Source: Acidobacteriota bacterium (GTDB lineage: Bacteria > Acidobacteriota > Blastocatellia > RBC074). From it: a stretch of DNA of 64,000 bases. Shown piece after piece: positions 28,899-39,167 of this stretch. Below the pieces are notes generated by a model, which did not search any database, was not told the DNA's origin, and worked only from the letters and a program-made list of their open reading frames with translations. The stretch is taken from assembly GCA_018269055.1 (NCBI GenBank), contig JAFDVI010000015.1, forward strand, positions 618 to 64,617. Direction: 5' to 3'. The first letter of the stretch is position 1; each line of letters begins with the position of its first letter. The position numbers were made by a program, and so were the translations under genes.

Positions 28899-29450
28899 TC
28901 CGAAATTGCCCATTCGGAAAGAATATTCCCGAATCTTGGCCTTCCAACCAACCCAATCCCCGGTAATTTGCAACAAAGGCCACGGGCAGTAAGCGATTGA
29001 CCTATAAGAATTAAAACCATTGCCAGCGGGAACAATCGTTTGTAAGATTCACGAGCCGCATTGAACTGGCATCGGAGGCGGCAATAGAAGTTGATTGATT
29101 CCCAATTGACTCCTCACATTCACGCTAAAGTTGAATTCGCCCCACGTGGCTCGAATCCCCTCATCAAGGATTCGGCTCGTTTCGTACAAATCTTACTCTC
29201 GCCCCCGGTGGCCGACTTCAGACTGAATCGGTCAGGCTCAAAGGAAATTGAAAAAGCATTAAGGGGAAACAGTCACCACGGGTGCAACCGATTGTTTTAC
29301 TTTGCTCGTAAGTTGGTTGGCCTGACTGTCCGATGGAACGATTTGCCGCCGAAGCCTGGTCATTCGTGACGGCAAAGCCTCGCTTGTCGGTGGTGGCCGT
29401 AAATTGTCAACACAGTATTTTTATTGGAAGGACTTTTCGGAGGGATTTTT

Positions 29451-30386
29451 ATGATCCAGAAAACTTTTCGTTGCTTAACTCACTCTGCGGTTCTTGTCGG
29501 CGCTCTTGTGGTCATGAGCGTTGCTGCGTTTGCTCAATATCCAGCCGGATCAAGCAGCATCGGTGACATGAAACCAGGCAGCGTGCTTTTTTATCCTCGC
29601 TACACCAGCAATCCTGCGAACCCGCAAATGGGCGATACGCAAATCAACATCACCAACGTCAACCAAAGCTCAGGAATCAACGTTCACCTTTTTCTGGTGG
29701 ACGGAGCCACGTGCTCTATTGCGGATTCGTTTGTCGGTTTGACGCAGAACCAAACGGCCAGCTTTTTGGTTAGCGATTTCGATCCGGGAATCACCGGATA
29801 CATTGTGGCCGTTGCTTCCGGCGGCGGAGGTCCGACGCAGTTTAACAGTCTGATTGGTTCGGAATTCGTTCGCGAAACCAATGGCCTGACGGCTTATGTG
29901 CAGGCGATTACGGTTGCCAAACGCTCGGCCGGGGATGTTATCCCCGATGCGGAAGGTCAAATGGTATTGAACTTCAACGGTGTGGATTATGAACAGCTTC
30001 CGAGTTCGTTGGCTGTGGACGCATTCAATAGCCAGACGGTGGATTCCAGCTATTTGTCCATGTTTAGCCCGTCCAACAATTTGGTGATCGGCGGAGTCAT
30101 CAACACCAGTGTTTTCACACTGTTATACAACGACGCGGAAGTCGCAATTTCCAGCAGTTTCACCGTCAGTTGTTATCGGTACGAAAGTTTTCTGTCGTTG
30201 TTTAATCGCGGCGGAGGCATCAACCGCCACGTTCCGTCGGGGCGAACGGGATGGATTCGTATGACGGCTTCCGGACGACCGATTCTCGGAGCGGTATTTG
30301 GCAAAGGGCCTGTGTTTGTTGGAGGCCACAATCTGCATGCGCTGCAGTTGCTGGGTTCCTACTCCATCGTGGTTCCGTACTTCTAA
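29451..30386 (+). CDS. Secreted hypothetical protein with an internally duplicated beta-rich domain
   Basis: An internal Met after a GGAGGG RBS gives the signal peptide MIQKTFRCLTHSAVLVGALVVMSVAAFAQ. The protein ends in a terminal Phe. No confident family assignment was made. Confidence 0.55.
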   Translation: MIQKTFRCLTHSAVLVGALVVMSVAAFAQYPAGSSSIGDMKPGSVLFYPRYTSNPANPQMGDTQINITNVNQSSGINVHLFLVDGATCSIADSFVGLTQNQTASFLVSDFDPGITGYIVAVASGGGGPTQFNSLIGSEFVRETNGLTAYVQAITVAKRSAGDVIPDAEGQMVLNFNGVDYEQLPSSLAVDAFNSQTVDSSYLSMFSPSNNLVIGGVINTSVFTLLYNDAEVAISSSFTVSCYRYESFLSLFNRGGGINRHVPSGRTGWIRMTASGRPILGAVFGKGPVFVGGHNLHALQLLGSYSIVVPYF

Positions 30387-30515
30387 ACCTTGAATCGCTA
30401 GGTGATTTTTGATTGCCCTAAACGAAAACTGAATTTACAGAACGCGGGAGGAAGCGCCAAAGGGCATTTCGTCCCGCGTTTCTTTTTGACGCTGGCTTCG
30501 TGGCATGATGTTTTT

Positions 30516-31295
30516 ATGGAGACGAAATTACGAGTGGTCATCGCCGACGATGAACGTCCGGCGCGATCCTTTTTGGCGGCAACACTGCAATCGTTTGAGG
30601 ACGTGGAATTGGTTGGCGAGGCTGCAAACGGAGTAGAAGCCGTAGAACTAATCGAACAAAAGCGTCCTGATCTGGCGCTGCTGGATTTGCAGATGCCGGA
30701 GTTGGACGGACTCGGTGTGGTACGAACGGTTCGCAAAGACCGACTTCCATTGTTTGCGTTTGTAACGGCGTACGACGAATACGCCGTGCGCGCCTTTGAA
30801 GTAAATGCGGTGGATTATTTGCTCAAACCCGTGGAGCGCGCGCGGTTGCGCAGCACAATCAACCGCGCGCAGGAACGATTGGAGCAATCCGAACTGCGAG
30901 AAATCGAAGCTGAACGGGTCAGCACGGCAGCGGCGGATTATGAAACCGAGAAGACGGGGTTTTTGGAACGCATTCCTGTTCGCCAACGCGAAGAAATCGT
31001 GTTGGTGCCGGTTGAAACCGTCGCTTCGATTGTCGCCGATGGTGAGTTGCTCAACCTGACTACAACGGACAATCGCCGCTATACGTTTTCCTATCGGTTA
31101 AAAGACATCGAACATCGTCTCGACCCGTCAAAGTTTGTTCGCCTTTCGCGCAGCGCGCTGGCCAACGTCAGCCAGATCAGCAGGATCAATCCGCTGCCTG
31201 GCGGAACGTACGTCGTGACGCTCCACAATAACCAGCAACTGAATGTCAGCCGGTTGCAGGCGCGCGTGTTGCGCGAACAATTGCTTAAGCTGTAA
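30516..31295 (+). CDS. LytR/AlgR-family response regulator (REC + LytTR DNA-binding domain)
   Basis: The receiver has the acidic pocket VVIADDE and the phospho-accepting LALLDLQMP. The C-terminal LytTR domain is ...IPVRQREEIVLVPVETVASIVADGELLNLTT...FVRLSRSALANVSQI. The start is the internal Met METKLRV. No histidine kinase is adjacent. Confidence 0.8.
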   Translation: METKLRVVIADDERPARSFLAATLQSFEDVELVGEAANGVEAVELIEQKRPDLALLDLQMPELDGLGVVRTVRKDRLPLFAFVTAYDEYAVRAFEVNAVDYLLKPVERARLRSTINRAQERLEQSELREIEAERVSTAAADYETEKTGFLERIPVRQREEIVLVPVETVASIVADGELLNLTTTDNRRYTFSYRLKDIEHRLDPSKFVRLSRSALANVSQISRINPLPGGTYVVTLHNNQQLNVSRLQARVLREQLLKL

Positions 31296-31301
31296 TGCCC
31301 T

Positions 31302-33845
31302 ATGAACTTCATCTTCAATCTTGCGTATCGTGAAATCCGTGCCTCGTGGCATCGGCTGTTGTTCTTTTTTATCTGCATCGCCATTGGTGTCGGCTCCATC
31401 GTCGCGCTCAGGTCGCTGGTTCAGAATCTGAAAACGGCGCTGGTGGGAGACGCCCGCTCCCTGATGACGGCGGACGTTCAGTTGTCGTCCAACAACCCCT
31501 GGAGCGCCGAAACCAAAGCTGCGCTTGACCGCATTTACGCTTCGCCGATGGTCGCAGCCCATATTGATATGTTGGAAACGGCGACGATGGCTCGTTCGGG
31601 CGAAGACTGGCTGGGCACGCCAAAGATGGTCGAACTTAAAGCGGTTCAACCCGGCTTTCCGTTTTATGGCGAAATGGTTTTGGCTGACGGCAAACCGTAT
31701 TCTTACGATTTGATGAAAGATCGTGGCGCACTGGTCAAACAGACTTTGCTGACGGCGTTGGGCTTGAAAGTCGGCGACACGATCAAAATCGGCAACCTGG
31801 AATTCACCATTCGCGGCGTGATTGAACAGGAACCGGGCAATTCCATGAACGCGTTCAGCATTGGCCCGCGCGTGATGATTACTTATGAGGATGCTGTCGC
31901 TGCTGGGTTGACTGCTTTCGGCAGTCGCGCGCGCCATCGCGTGCTGTTCAAAACGCGCGATGGCGACCTGGATCGGTTGGTCAACAGGCTGCGTAACGAT
32001 CTGGCAGAACAATCCGGGATCACGGTGCGGTCGTTTCGTTTTTCGCAAGATCGTCTGACGGAATCGCTGTCGCAGGTCGAGGATTATTTGAGTTTGATCG
32101 GGTTGGTGATTTTGGTTCTCGGCGGTATAGGCATTTCCAGCGTTACGCGCGTGTTTGTTCAGCAAAAGATGAAAACGATCGCGGTTTTGAAAACCCTGGG
32201 CGGACGTAATGCCCGCGTGCTCGGAGCTTATCTGGTGCAGGTGCTCACACTCGGATTGCTCGGCAGTTTATTCGGATTGCTGCTGGCGCAAACAATGGCC
32301 TGGGTGTTACCGAAATACTTTGAGGAAATTTTGCCGCCCAGCGTTGACATTCACCTGACGTGGCAGGCCGCGGTTCAAGGCGTGATTATTGGCCTGCTGG
32401 TGTCGCTGCTATTTTCCTTGCTGCCGTTGCTGCAAATTCGCCGGATCAAACCGATTCTGGTGTTGCGGAGCGCCGACACAATCAGCGGCAAAAGGTTTGA
32501 TGGGGTGCAAATCGCTGTCGGCATTTTGGTTGTTGCCGGGTTGCTGGCCATTTCAAGCTGGCAGGCCGGATCGTTCAAAATTGGCGGCATCTTTCTAATC
32601 GCGTTGGCGTTGATGACACTGGTGTTGAATTTGACGGCTACGGGGCTGATGAAGCTGGTTCGCGGGTTTCGCCACATGCCTTCGTTTACGGTTCGGCAGG
32701 GAATCAACAGTTTGTACCGCCCCGGCAATCAAACGCGGATCATTTTGATGGCCGTTGGTTTGGGAGTTTTTTTCGTTGTCGGCGTGCGTTCATTACAATT
32801 AAATTTGCGCTACGAACTCGGCGTTGACCTCGAAAATTTCAAAGCCGACATGTATCTGATTGATATTCAGCGCGACCAGCGCCCGGCTGTTGAAGAGGCC
32901 GTTGCCAAGTTTACTGGCAACAAACCCGAAATCATTCCCACTGTGCGCGCCCGCATTGCGGCCATCAACGGCAGTGCAGTCAATCTTGACCGTCCGCGTT
33001 CCAACGAAAACCGCCGAGAAAATCGCGGGATGCTCGGCCGCGAATATGTGCTGACCTACCGCGCGAAACTAGAAGACAACGAAAAGATCATTGCCGGAAA
33101 CATCTGGGACCCAACGCCAAGCAGCGAGCCGGAAATTTCCATCGAAGAGTTGATGCATGACGAGTTGGGATTGAACGTCGGCGACACCCTGACCTTTGAC
33201 GTGTTGGGGCGAAAAATCACTGCGCGCGTCACCAGCATACGCCGCGTGGATTGGCGCAATGCGCGCACAGGGTTTTTGGTGGTTTTCCGTCCCGGAACGC
33301 TGGACGATGCGCCGACGATGTACATCAGCGCGATCAAAGGGCCGACGGACAACACTGCGCGCGCGCAGCTTCAACGCGAACTGGTGGACAAAGCGCCGAA
33401 CATTTCCGTTGTGGATATTCGGGACATCATCGAAATCGCCCGCGCCATTGTGCGCAAAGTTTCGCTGGCCGTTTCTTTCGTCGGCGGTTTTGTGTTCCTG
33501 AGCGGGTTGTTGATTCTGATCGGTTCCATTGCCATGACGAAATTCCATCGCTTATACGAATCGGCGATCCTGAAAACGCTGGGCGCAAAAAAGAAACTGA
33601 TCGTGTGGACGCTGCTGGTGGAATACGGCGTGCTGGGATTGCTGGCGGGATTGATTGGCTCGGTGGCGGCAATTGGCTTGACCTGGGCCATCGCCGAAAA
33701 GGCGCTAAAGATCACTTGGCGCTTTATTCCATCGGTGAATGTGATTGGCGTCGCTACGACATTGGTGCTGGTTGTGTTGGTTGGCGTGCTTTCAAGCTGG
33801 GATGTGATGATCAAAAAACCGTTGGGGATTTTGCGGAATGAATAG
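31302..33845 (+). CDS. ABC-transporter permease of the MacB/YbbP type, with two FtsX (DUF214) domains and no cognate ATPase gene in the window
   Basis: 847 aa. The N-terminal TM is followed by a large periplasmic domain. There are two 4-TM FtsX-like modules (VLGGIGISSV..., FLSGLLILIGSIAMT...). It is start-coupled to the LytTR gene with a 6-nt gap. Confidence 0.75.
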   Translation: MNFIFNLAYREIRASWHRLLFFFICIAIGVGSIVALRSLVQNLKTALVGDARSLMTADVQLSSNNPWSAETKAALDRIYASPMVAAHIDMLETATMARSGEDWLGTPKMVELKAVQPGFPFYGEMVLADGKPYSYDLMKDRGALVKQTLLTALGLKVGDTIKIGNLEFTIRGVIEQEPGNSMNAFSIGPRVMITYEDAVAAGLTAFGSRARHRVLFKTRDGDLDRLVNRLRNDLAEQSGITVRSFRFSQDRLTESLSQVEDYLSLIGLVILVLGGIGISSVTRVFVQQKMKTIAVLKTLGGRNARVLGAYLVQVLTLGLLGSLFGLLLAQTMAWVLPKYFEEILPPSVDIHLTWQAAVQGVIIGLLVSLLFSLLPLLQIRRIKPILVLRSADTISGKRFDGVQIAVGILVVAGLLAISSWQAGSFKIGGIFLIALALMTLVLNLTATGLMKLVRGFRHMPSFTVRQGINSLYRPGNQTRIILMAVGLGVFFVVGVRSLQLNLRYELGVDLENFKADMYLIDIQRDQRPAVEEAVAKFTGNKPEIIPTVRARIAAINGSAVNLDRPRSNENRRENRGMLGREYVLTYRAKLEDNEKIIAGNIWDPTPSSEPEISIEELMHDELGLNVGDTLTFDVLGRKITARVTSIRRVDWRNARTGFLVVFRPGTLDDAPTMYISAIKGPTDNTARAQLQRELVDKAPNISVVDIRDIIEIARAIVRKVSLAVSFVGGFVFLSGLLILIGSIAMTKFHRLYESAILKTLGAKKKLIVWTLLVEYGVLGLLAGLIGSVAAIGLTWAIAEKALKITWRFIPSVNVIGVATTLVLVVLVGVLSSWDVMIKKPLGILRNE

Positions 33846-34389
33846 AGAACAGACGCTGCAATTGCTTGAGGATCATCAACCCGCTGATGGGCACGAAGCG
33901 CGGATGCTGGAAGACATCAAAGCTTTCGTTCGTCGGCACGACAACTTTCAATCGCGCCAGCAACTGGTTGGGCACTTAACCGGCTCTGCCTGGGTCGTTA
34001 GCGAAGACAGTTCGCACGCGCTGTTGACGCATCACGGCAAGTTCAATTGCTGGGTGCAGCTTGGCGGTCACGTTGAAGACGATGCTGATATGTTGAGTGC
34101 GGCGTGGCGCGAAGCCTGCGAAGAATCCGGATTGGATCATGTCACGCCGCTTTCCGACCACATCTTTGATGTGGACGTGCATGCCATCCCCGCCAGCCCG
34201 AAAGAACCTGCGCATTTTCATTACGATATACGGTTTCTGTTTGCGGCGGATCGAACCGCGCCGCTGACTGTCAGCAGCGAATCAAAGGACCTGGCTTGGA
34301 TTGAACTGGAACGAATTGCCGAACTGACTTCCGAAGAATCTGTCTTGCGAATGGTTCGCAAAACCATACGGAATCGGGGGCGGTGGTGA
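33838..34389 (+). CDS. NUDIX hydrolase
   Basis: Nudix box GGHVEDDADMLSAAWREACEESGL (GX5EX7REUXEEXGU). It overlaps the permease stop by 8 nt. Confidence 0.8.
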   Translation: MNREQTLQLLEDHQPADGHEARMLEDIKAFVRRHDNFQSRQQLVGHLTGSAWVVSEDSSHALLTHHGKFNCWVQLGGHVEDDADMLSAAWREACEESGLDHVTPLSDHIFDVDVHAIPASPKEPAHFHYDIRFLFAADRTAPLTVSSESKDLAWIELERIAELTSEESVLRMVRKTIRNRGRW

Positions 34390-34527
34390 CCAGGTGTTCG
34401 CGAAATCAACCCAGTCACTACTGCTCCCGGTTCTGCATCAATGGCATCGCTTGCTTTGTTCAATCAACTCTCTACAATCCGCATCTCGCGCGTAATTCAA
34501 AAACTCTACTTCTGAAACTTTCACAGC

Positions 34528-36900
34528 ATGACTTTTGAAACCTGGTTCCAATCCATTCACGCGGACATTCCCGTCCATTCCGCAAACGCAGTGTTGAAGC
34601 TTACCGAAGAAGGCGGGACGATTCCGTTCATCGCCCGGTATCGCAAAGAGCAAACCGGCAACCTGGATGAAGTCGCCATCGCCAACGTCATTGATGCCAA
34701 AGAACGTTGGGATGAAATCATCAAACGCCAGGCATTCATCCTGGAAGAAATCGAACGGCAGGGAAAACTCACCGACGAATTGAAAGAGAAAATTCTGACC
34801 GCATTCAACCTGGACACGTTGGAAGACTTGTATTTGCCGTACAAACAAAAACGCAAAACCAAAGCGACCGTCGCCAAGGAAGCAGGCTTGGAGCCGTTGG
34901 CCAATTGGATTTGGGATGTGGCGCACGGTGCGGCAACGCCGGAGCCAGGGCAGACATTGGAACTGTTCGCGCTGGCGTTTTACAACGCCGAAAAGAATAT
35001 CAACGACGCCGCGACTGCGATCAGCGGCGCGCAGGATATTTTGACCGAGCGATTGGCCGAAACTGTTGAACTGCGCGAACACACGCGCAAAGCGGTATTC
35101 GAGCGCGGCGTTGGCCGAACCGCCAAAGCCGAAAAAGCCAAACCCGCCAGCAAATTTGAGCGCTACTTTGAGTATTTCGAGCCGATTCAATCGCTGCTGA
35201 AACCGGAAGCTTCACATCGGTATTTGGCGATGCGGCGTGGATGGATGGAAGAAGAACTGACTTTGACGATTGGCGCTGCGCCGGAAGACGCCGATTACGA
35301 TCTGATCTTGCAGGGAGCCTTTGACGCAGAAGCCTGTCCCGCCACTGCCGAATGCGAACAGCCGATCAAAGACGTGCTGCAGAAATCGGCGCGCATGGCG
35401 CTGAAAGCCTACGTTCTGCCCAGCATCGAAACCGAAGTGCATCGCACGTTGAAAGATGTCGCTGACGAAGCCGCGATCAAGGTCTTTGCCGAAAACGTTC
35501 GCAAACTGCTTTTGGCTGCTCCGTTTGGCGCAAAAGCCGTGCTCGGCGTTGACCCCGGCATTCGCACCGGTTGCAAATTGGCTGTCGTAGATGATTCCGG
35601 CAAATACGTCGCCAGCGATGTCATTCATTTGCAAAGCCCGAGCGAACAGGGACGCGCGAAAAAGCTGCTGGCGGATGTTGTCTCGAACGCGAACATTCGC
35701 GCCATTGCCGTCGGCAACGGAACCGCCGGGCGCGAAACGGAAAGCTTTGTCCGCGAAGCATTGAAAGAAGCAGGGCTGACGACCCCAGTCGTGATGGTCA
35801 ACGAATCCGGCGCAAGTATATATTCCGCCAGTGAAGTGGCCCGCGAAGAATTTCCCGATCTGGACTTAACTGTGCGCGGCGCGATTTCCATCGCGCGCCG
35901 TTTGCAAGATCCGCTGGCCGAACTTGTCAAGGTTGATCCGAAGAGCATCGGCGTCGGCCAATACCAACACGACGTGAATCAACCTGCATTGAAAAAGTCG
36001 CTGGATTTGGTGGTGGATGTTTGCGTGAACTCTGTGGGAGTGAATTTGAATACGGCGTCATCGCATTTGCTGGCGCGGGTTTCCGGCATCGGCCCTTCGA
36101 TGGCGAAAAAGATCGTCGAACATCGCGGAACCAAAGGTTTGTTTGAATCGCGCCAACAGTTGCTGGAAATTCCGCGTTTCAGCGCCAAAGTCTTTGAACA
36201 GGCTGCGGGCTTTTTGCGAATTCCGAACAGCCAACACCCACTAGACAACACAGGCGTTCACCCCGAACGATACGAAGCGTTGGAACGCCTGGCTGCGCGA
36301 TTGGGCAAAGGCGTGGGCGAATTGACCGGCAGCGGCGTTGAACTGGTTAAACAAGCGGAAGATTTGAAATCCGAAGTTGGGGATTTCACCTTCTCTGACA
36401 TCATCGCCGAACTGGCCAAACCGGGACGCGACCCGCGCGAAGAGTTTTCGGCGTTTGCCTTCCGCGAAGACATTCATGAAGTCAAAGATTTGATGCCGGG
36501 CATGACCTGTCCGGGTATTGTCACGAACGTGACGAATTTCGGCGCGTTCGTGGACATCGGCGTGCATCAGGATGGCTTGGTTCACATTTCGCAGCTCAGC
36601 AACAAATTCGTCAAAGACCCGCGCGAAGTCGTCAACCCCGGTGACCGCGTGATGGTGCGTGTGCTGGAAGTGAACCTGGAAAAGAACCAGATTGCATTGA
36701 CGATGAAAAGCGACGCCGTAACGTCGCGGCAGATGCCGCGCGATCGTCAGGCAGAGCCGCGCGAACGCAATCAGGAACGTCGTCCAAATCCCAATCGGGA
36801 TCGCCGCGACAATCGGCAGGACAATCGGCCAGATCGAAAGCCGCAAAAGCCCGGTTTCAACAATCCCTTCGCAGAGCAGTTGGCGAAGTTCAAAAAGTAA
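34528..36900 (+). CDS. tex: Transcription accessory protein Tex (YqgF/HhH/S1 domain)
   Basis: The N-terminus TIPFIARYRKEQTGNLDEV is a Tex signature. The C-terminal S1 domain is GMTCPGIVTNVTNFGAFVDIGVHQDGLVHISQL. A basic RD-rich tail follows. Confidence 0.9.
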   Translation: MTFETWFQSIHADIPVHSANAVLKLTEEGGTIPFIARYRKEQTGNLDEVAIANVIDAKERWDEIIKRQAFILEEIERQGKLTDELKEKILTAFNLDTLEDLYLPYKQKRKTKATVAKEAGLEPLANWIWDVAHGAATPEPGQTLELFALAFYNAEKNINDAATAISGAQDILTERLAETVELREHTRKAVFERGVGRTAKAEKAKPASKFERYFEYFEPIQSLLKPEASHRYLAMRRGWMEEELTLTIGAAPEDADYDLILQGAFDAEACPATAECEQPIKDVLQKSARMALKAYVLPSIETEVHRTLKDVADEAAIKVFAENVRKLLLAAPFGAKAVLGVDPGIRTGCKLAVVDDSGKYVASDVIHLQSPSEQGRAKKLLADVVSNANIRAIAVGNGTAGRETESFVREALKEAGLTTPVVMVNESGASIYSASEVAREEFPDLDLTVRGAISIARRLQDPLAELVKVDPKSIGVGQYQHDVNQPALKKSLDLVVDVCVNSVGVNLNTASSHLLARVSGIGPSMAKKIVEHRGTKGLFESRQQLLEIPRFSAKVFEQAAGFLRIPNSQHPLDNTGVHPERYEALERLAARLGKGVGELTGSGVELVKQAEDLKSEVGDFTFSDIIAELAKPGRDPREEFSAFAFREDIHEVKDLMPGMTCPGIVTNVTNFGAFVDIGVHQDGLVHISQLSNKFVKDPREVVNPGDRVMVRVLEVNLEKNQIALTMKSDAVTSRQMPRDRQAEPRERNQERRPNPNRDRRDNRQDNRPDRKPQKPGFNNPFAEQLAKFKK

Positions 36901-37002
36901 AAAGTAGGGCAATCTGCCAAGATTGCCCCGATTCATTCAACGATCTTTTCGCGTAAACCGAAGCAACCTCGGCAGGTTGCTCTACCTTTTCTTGGAGCGG
37001 CA

Positions 37003-39147
37003 ATGACTCAAAGATTCACTCGACGCGAAGTTTTGAAGAATAGCGCGACGGCTGCGGCTGGCGCGCTATTTTGTTTGAACGGATCGGAAGCACTGGCGGA
37101 AGCGATGTTTCCGCAAACCGTCGCGCAAGCGCCGCGCGAATACCGCTACGGCCATTTGTTGCAGGAGTATTTTGTCGCCCGCAGCCGCGAGATGATGGCC
37201 AAACGCGCGAAGCTGCGCGCCGCGATTAAAACTCCGGCGCAAGTAATGAAGTTGCGCAATGAAGTTCGCCAGAAACTTCGCGCCTGTTTCGGGCCGCTGC
37301 CAGAACACACGCCGCTCAATGCGCGCATCACCGGCGAGGTTGAGCGCGAAGCCTACACCATCGAAAAACTGATTTACGAAAGCCGCCCGAATTATCCCGT
37401 CACAGCCAATTTGTACGTCCCCAAAAACAATGCTGGGAAACTGCCCGCCGTGCTGGCGCCGTGCGGGCATTCCCGTAACGGCAAGGCCGAACCCAAGTAT
37501 CAGGAATTTGCGCGTAATCTGGCGCGGCAAGGATATTTGGTGTTGATGTTCGATCCTCCCGCACAAGGCGAACGGTTCGAATATGCCGACAAACCCGGCG
37601 AACCGTCAGTGCAGTGGGGCGTGGTATCACACATTTTCGCGGGCAACCAAATGAATTTGCTCGGTAGGAACTTCGCATTGTGGGAGGCTTGGGACGGCAT
37701 TCGCGGATTGGATTATCTGCTGTCGCGTCCCGAAGTGGACGCCAAACGCATTGGCCTGACAGGCAATTCCGGCGGAGGCACGCAAACGACCTGGTTGAAT
37801 GTGCTGGATGACCGCTTCACGATGGTTGCGCCGAATTGTTTTGCGACTCGCTACCTGAACAATTTGGAAAACGAAGAAGCCCAGGACGCGGAGCAGATCG
37901 TTCCCGGAATGCTGGCTGCCGGATGCGATATGGCCGACTTTTTTATCGCGCAATTGCCGCGTCCGGTGCATTTTGGCGGAGAGCAAAACGACTTTTTCGA
38001 TGTGCGCGGCGTGCGCGCCGTGTACGAAGACGTGAAGCGATTGTATTCCATTGTCGGCAAAGGCGATGACGTGGAAATTCACATTGGCGCCGAAACGCAC
38101 GGCTACAACAAAGGCGCGCGCGAAGCGATGTACAAATTCTTCAATCGTCACGCGGGCGTGACGGCTTCGGCGGTTGAACCGGATGTGCCGCCGGAAAAAG
38201 ACGAAACCTTACAGGTGACGGCCACGGGCGAGATCGCTCCACTCGATCCCAAGCGGACATTCGATTTCACGCGCGAAAACGCGCGGCAACTGGCCGACAA
38301 ACGGCAACGCATTTCCGGCAAAGCGCTCGCCGATGAATTGGCCCGGTTGTTGGCGCTGCCTGCGCGCACATCGCCGCCGAATTACCGCATCGTGCGCGAC
38401 CGACGCATCAGTCAGACGATGCGCGAATACGGATACCTGATTGAAACCGAACAGTTCAACGGCGCGAACGTGTTCGCGATGCTGCACGTGATTCCCAAAC
38501 TGGGGCCGCAATACTTTTTCCCGAACCACAAAACCGCGACGCTGTACGTGCCGCACCTGTCTGCGCTGGAAGAAATCGTTGCGGGTAAAGCTCCGGGCGT
38601 CCCCGATGGCGAACCGCTGCTGGCGTTGGATGTACGCGGCATCGGCGAAATGACTGCGCGGTTGCACAAAGAAACCAGCGACGATTTCTTTTCGCCGTAC
38701 GGGACAGATTACTTTTATTCGACGCTGGCGATGATGTGGAACGAATCGTATTGCGGTCGCCGCGTGCATGATTTGCTAGCCACGCTGGATTTGTTTGCGG
38801 CGAATGGCTGTCAGGAACTTCACTTGGTCGGACGCGGCATCGGAGCCATTACGGCCACGTTTGCCGCCGCACTGCATCCGCTGGTCAAACAGGTGACGTT
38901 GCACAACGCGCTTCTGTCCTATCACGAACTGACACAAGACGAGCGATATCAATGGCCGCTTTCGATGCTGCCGTATGGCATTTTGCGGCGATTGGATTTG
39001 CCGCATTGTTTGCGTGAACTGGCCGCGACGAAACGGCTGAGCGTGATTGATCCGTGGAACGCCCGAATGCAGATTTGGCCACGAGAAAAGCTACCGGCGC
39101 ATTTGCAATCCCTCGCGTTGGAAAAATTGGAGGTTCGTTGGTCGTGA
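37003..39147 (+). CDS. Tat-exported alpha/beta-hydrolase fold protein (esterase or S9-peptidase-like)
   Basis: The twin-arginine signal is RREVLKNSATAAAGALF. A nucleophile elbow GNSGGG (GxSxG) is present. The protein is 714 aa. Confidence 0.6.
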   Translation: MTQRFTRREVLKNSATAAAGALFCLNGSEALAEAMFPQTVAQAPREYRYGHLLQEYFVARSREMMAKRAKLRAAIKTPAQVMKLRNEVRQKLRACFGPLPEHTPLNARITGEVEREAYTIEKLIYESRPNYPVTANLYVPKNNAGKLPAVLAPCGHSRNGKAEPKYQEFARNLARQGYLVLMFDPPAQGERFEYADKPGEPSVQWGVVSHIFAGNQMNLLGRNFALWEAWDGIRGLDYLLSRPEVDAKRIGLTGNSGGGTQTTWLNVLDDRFTMVAPNCFATRYLNNLENEEAQDAEQIVPGMLAAGCDMADFFIAQLPRPVHFGGEQNDFFDVRGVRAVYEDVKRLYSIVGKGDDVEIHIGAETHGYNKGAREAMYKFFNRHAGVTASAVEPDVPPEKDETLQVTATGEIAPLDPKRTFDFTRENARQLADKRQRISGKALADELARLLALPARTSPPNYRIVRDRRISQTMREYGYLIETEQFNGANVFAMLHVIPKLGPQYFFPNHKTATLYVPHLSALEEIVAGKAPGVPDGEPLLALDVRGIGEMTARLHKETSDDFFSPYGTDYFYSTLAMMWNESYCGRRVHDLLATLDLFAANGCQELHLVGRGIGAITATFAAALHPLVKQVTLHNALLSYHELTQDERYQWPLSMLPYGILRRLDLPHCLRELAATKRLSVIDPWNARMQIWPREKLPAHLQSLALEKLEVRWS

Positions 39148-39167
39148 TCGAAAGAATGGAGCGCAAA

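Noticed and set aside
29130-29175. tRNA-like T-loop-resembling string (ggctcgaatcccc) in the long intergenic region
   Set aside because: No acceptor, D or anticodon stems could be built around it, so there is no cloverleaf.
39054-39167. Upstream extension of the M24 peptidase ORF overlapping the alpha/beta-hydrolase gene
   Set aside because: A signal-peptide-bearing Met at 39168 follows a GGAG and the upstream stop. The extension would place 38 residues ahead of the signal peptide.
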